Below, in pieces: positions 63,143 through 64,000 of a DNA stretch of 64,000 bases. A program made the position numbers and the translations under genes. The stretch lies in IMG/VR virus record IMGVR_UViG_3300025009_000098, positions 1,169 to 65,168 of that record; one strand, 5' to 3'. The stretch comes from a virus (Duplodnaviria; Caudoviricetes). A model generated the notes under the pieces. The model did not search any database. It worked only from the letters and a program-made list of their open reading frames with translations, and was not told the origin of the DNA. Every line of letters begins with the position of its first letter. Position 1 is the first letter of the stretch.

Positions 63143-63357
63143 CTCGCCTCCTGCACAAATCTGATATAGTCGGCCGGTACACAAAGAACATGCCCATCTT
63201 TGGTCTCGATGATGGCAACGGAGTAATTACCCGGACCGCCTTCAAACTCTTCATAGCCGGCTCCAAACTGGTGAAACTTGGCTTTGCCGGCTTCTACCTT
63301 TATATTTCTTCTGGCTTCTGGATTCCATTTAGCCTCGTAGTAAATTACATCTCTCAT
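63139..63357 (-). CDS. hypothetical protein
   Basis: FHQFGAGYEEFEGGPGNYSVAIIETKDG, a common small phage protein pattern. Confidence 0.75.
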   Translation of the reverse strand: MRDVIYYEAKWNPEARRNIKVEAGKAKFHQFGAGYEEFEGGPGNYSVAIIETKDGHVLCVPADYIRFVQEAR

Positions 63358-63442
63358 TTCTTTCTACCTCTTTAGAAGTGACACCCTCGCAGACGGCCGG
63401 AGGAGCCCAACCCTGCGAGGGTATCTAGGAAGGCACAATTAA

Positions 63443-63471
63443 ACTGTAAACTGATTGACAAGGTAATGCAA
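63443..63471 (-). promoter_or_regulatory. sigma70-like promoter followed by a leader hairpin
   Basis: TTGCAT-N17-TACAGT; 10-bp stem at 63383-63392/63413-63422 in the leader. Confidence 0.65.
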
Positions 63472-63474
63472 GAA

Positions 63475-63816
63475 CTATTTGTTGCGAGGTTTACTTTTAT
63501 ACCCACAGGCATTGAGGAAGTTTTTAACGTCCTGCCAAGGCACTTTGCACTCAGCCCAACTGTTCACAGCACCGGCGCAGATGCACAATGTTTCTGCTGG
63601 GTTCTTCGGAGGGTATGCGAGCATATCTTCGATGTAAAATGACTCGTGCCCTGTCGGCCCTCCAGCGAACTTCAATATCGGTTTGTCATTACGAAAGATG
63701 ATTTCCATATTGATGATTCTTTCTTCTACCTTTGTAGTCTCGTCCACATACTTGTTGTCATAGTCATTCCACACTGCCCGGCGCTTTGTAAACGTCGCTT
63801 TTATCGTATTGCACAT
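63475..63816 (-). CDS. hypothetical protein
   Basis: 113 aa with AAGGAG RBS. Confidence 0.7.
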   Translation of the reverse strand: MCNTIKATFTKRRAVWNDYDNKYVDETTKVEERIINMEIIFRNDKPILKFAGGPTGHESFYIEDMLAYPPKNPAETLCICAGAVNSWAECKVPWQDVKNFLNACGYKSKPRNK

Positions 63817-63887
63817 GGTCCGTCTCCTTTAGTTTTTGAACTTCTCCAAGTCCACCAGATCACCCCACGAGCCGCCGATCTTGGCGT

Positions 63888-64000
63888 CTACTTATCAACG
63901 TCGCCATAGCTGACAGCAAACCCACCCGAGGACTTGAGCGGCAGGTCCGGGCACCAGGGCGGCGCTGTAGCCATTACATTCTTCATCGTCTCCAGGCAGT
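63888..64000 (-). CDS. DNA polymerase family A, C-terminal end (enters from window end)
   Basis: Manual translation CLETMKNVMATAPPWCPDLPLKSSGGFAVSYGDVDK-stop, a typical phage PolA C-terminus. Confidence 0.88.
   Translation of the reverse strand, partial: CLETMKNVMATAPPWCPDLPLKSSGGFAVSYGDVDK

Noticed and set aside
1-64000. Genome-wide stop-codon reassignment
   Set aside because: Core genes are intact in the standard code and TGA, TAA and TAG all terminate conserved genes; only one convincing internal TGA (2987).

Overview
The window is almost the whole genome of a tailed dsDNA phage, most likely a podovirus with an N4-gp56-type major capsid protein. It appears to be a circular or permuted assembly opened inside the family A DNA polymerase: the N-terminal ~494 codons lie at 1-1483 (-) and the C-terminal ~36 codons at 63888-64000 (-). 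Two transcription arms diverge from a non-coding control/packaging region (7843-8540) and converge at ~48600. The + arm (8541-48635) runs: putative small terminase, a ~12 kb accessory block (fibre-like proteins, several with signal peptides; nuclease, PLA2-like, papain-like protease, lysozyme, ferredoxin, TraR), GIY-YIG endonuclease, large terminase, portal, scaffold, capsid, tail proteins including a Kelch propeller, and a 2718-aa polyvalent ejection protein. The - arm carries small early genes, PolA, Cas4-like and DEDD exonucleases, VRR-NUC, SNF2 helicase, HNH, SSB, primase-helicase, ThyX, a NADAR-like protein, a dNTP diphosphohydrolase and a RyR-domain protein. I saw no integrase, tRNA, CRISPR array or reverse transcriptase. 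The most unusual observations are: (i) a late-operon cluster of signal-peptide-bearing, Cys-rich fibre/beta-helix proteins next to a multi-substrate hydrolase set; (ii) a possible ADP-ribosyltransferase/NADAR writer-eraser pair, the NADAR-like gene having been inserted with a 34-bp duplication of the thyX 3' end; (iii) a structured ~800-bp non-coding element with nested inverted repeats, GACCTCC repeats and a hammerhead-like core; (iv) a 10x22-bp array with opposing G-quadruplex motifs at the likely genome end; (v) an early gene with an in-frame TGA. All family assignments come from recognising motifs by eye; no database search was run.
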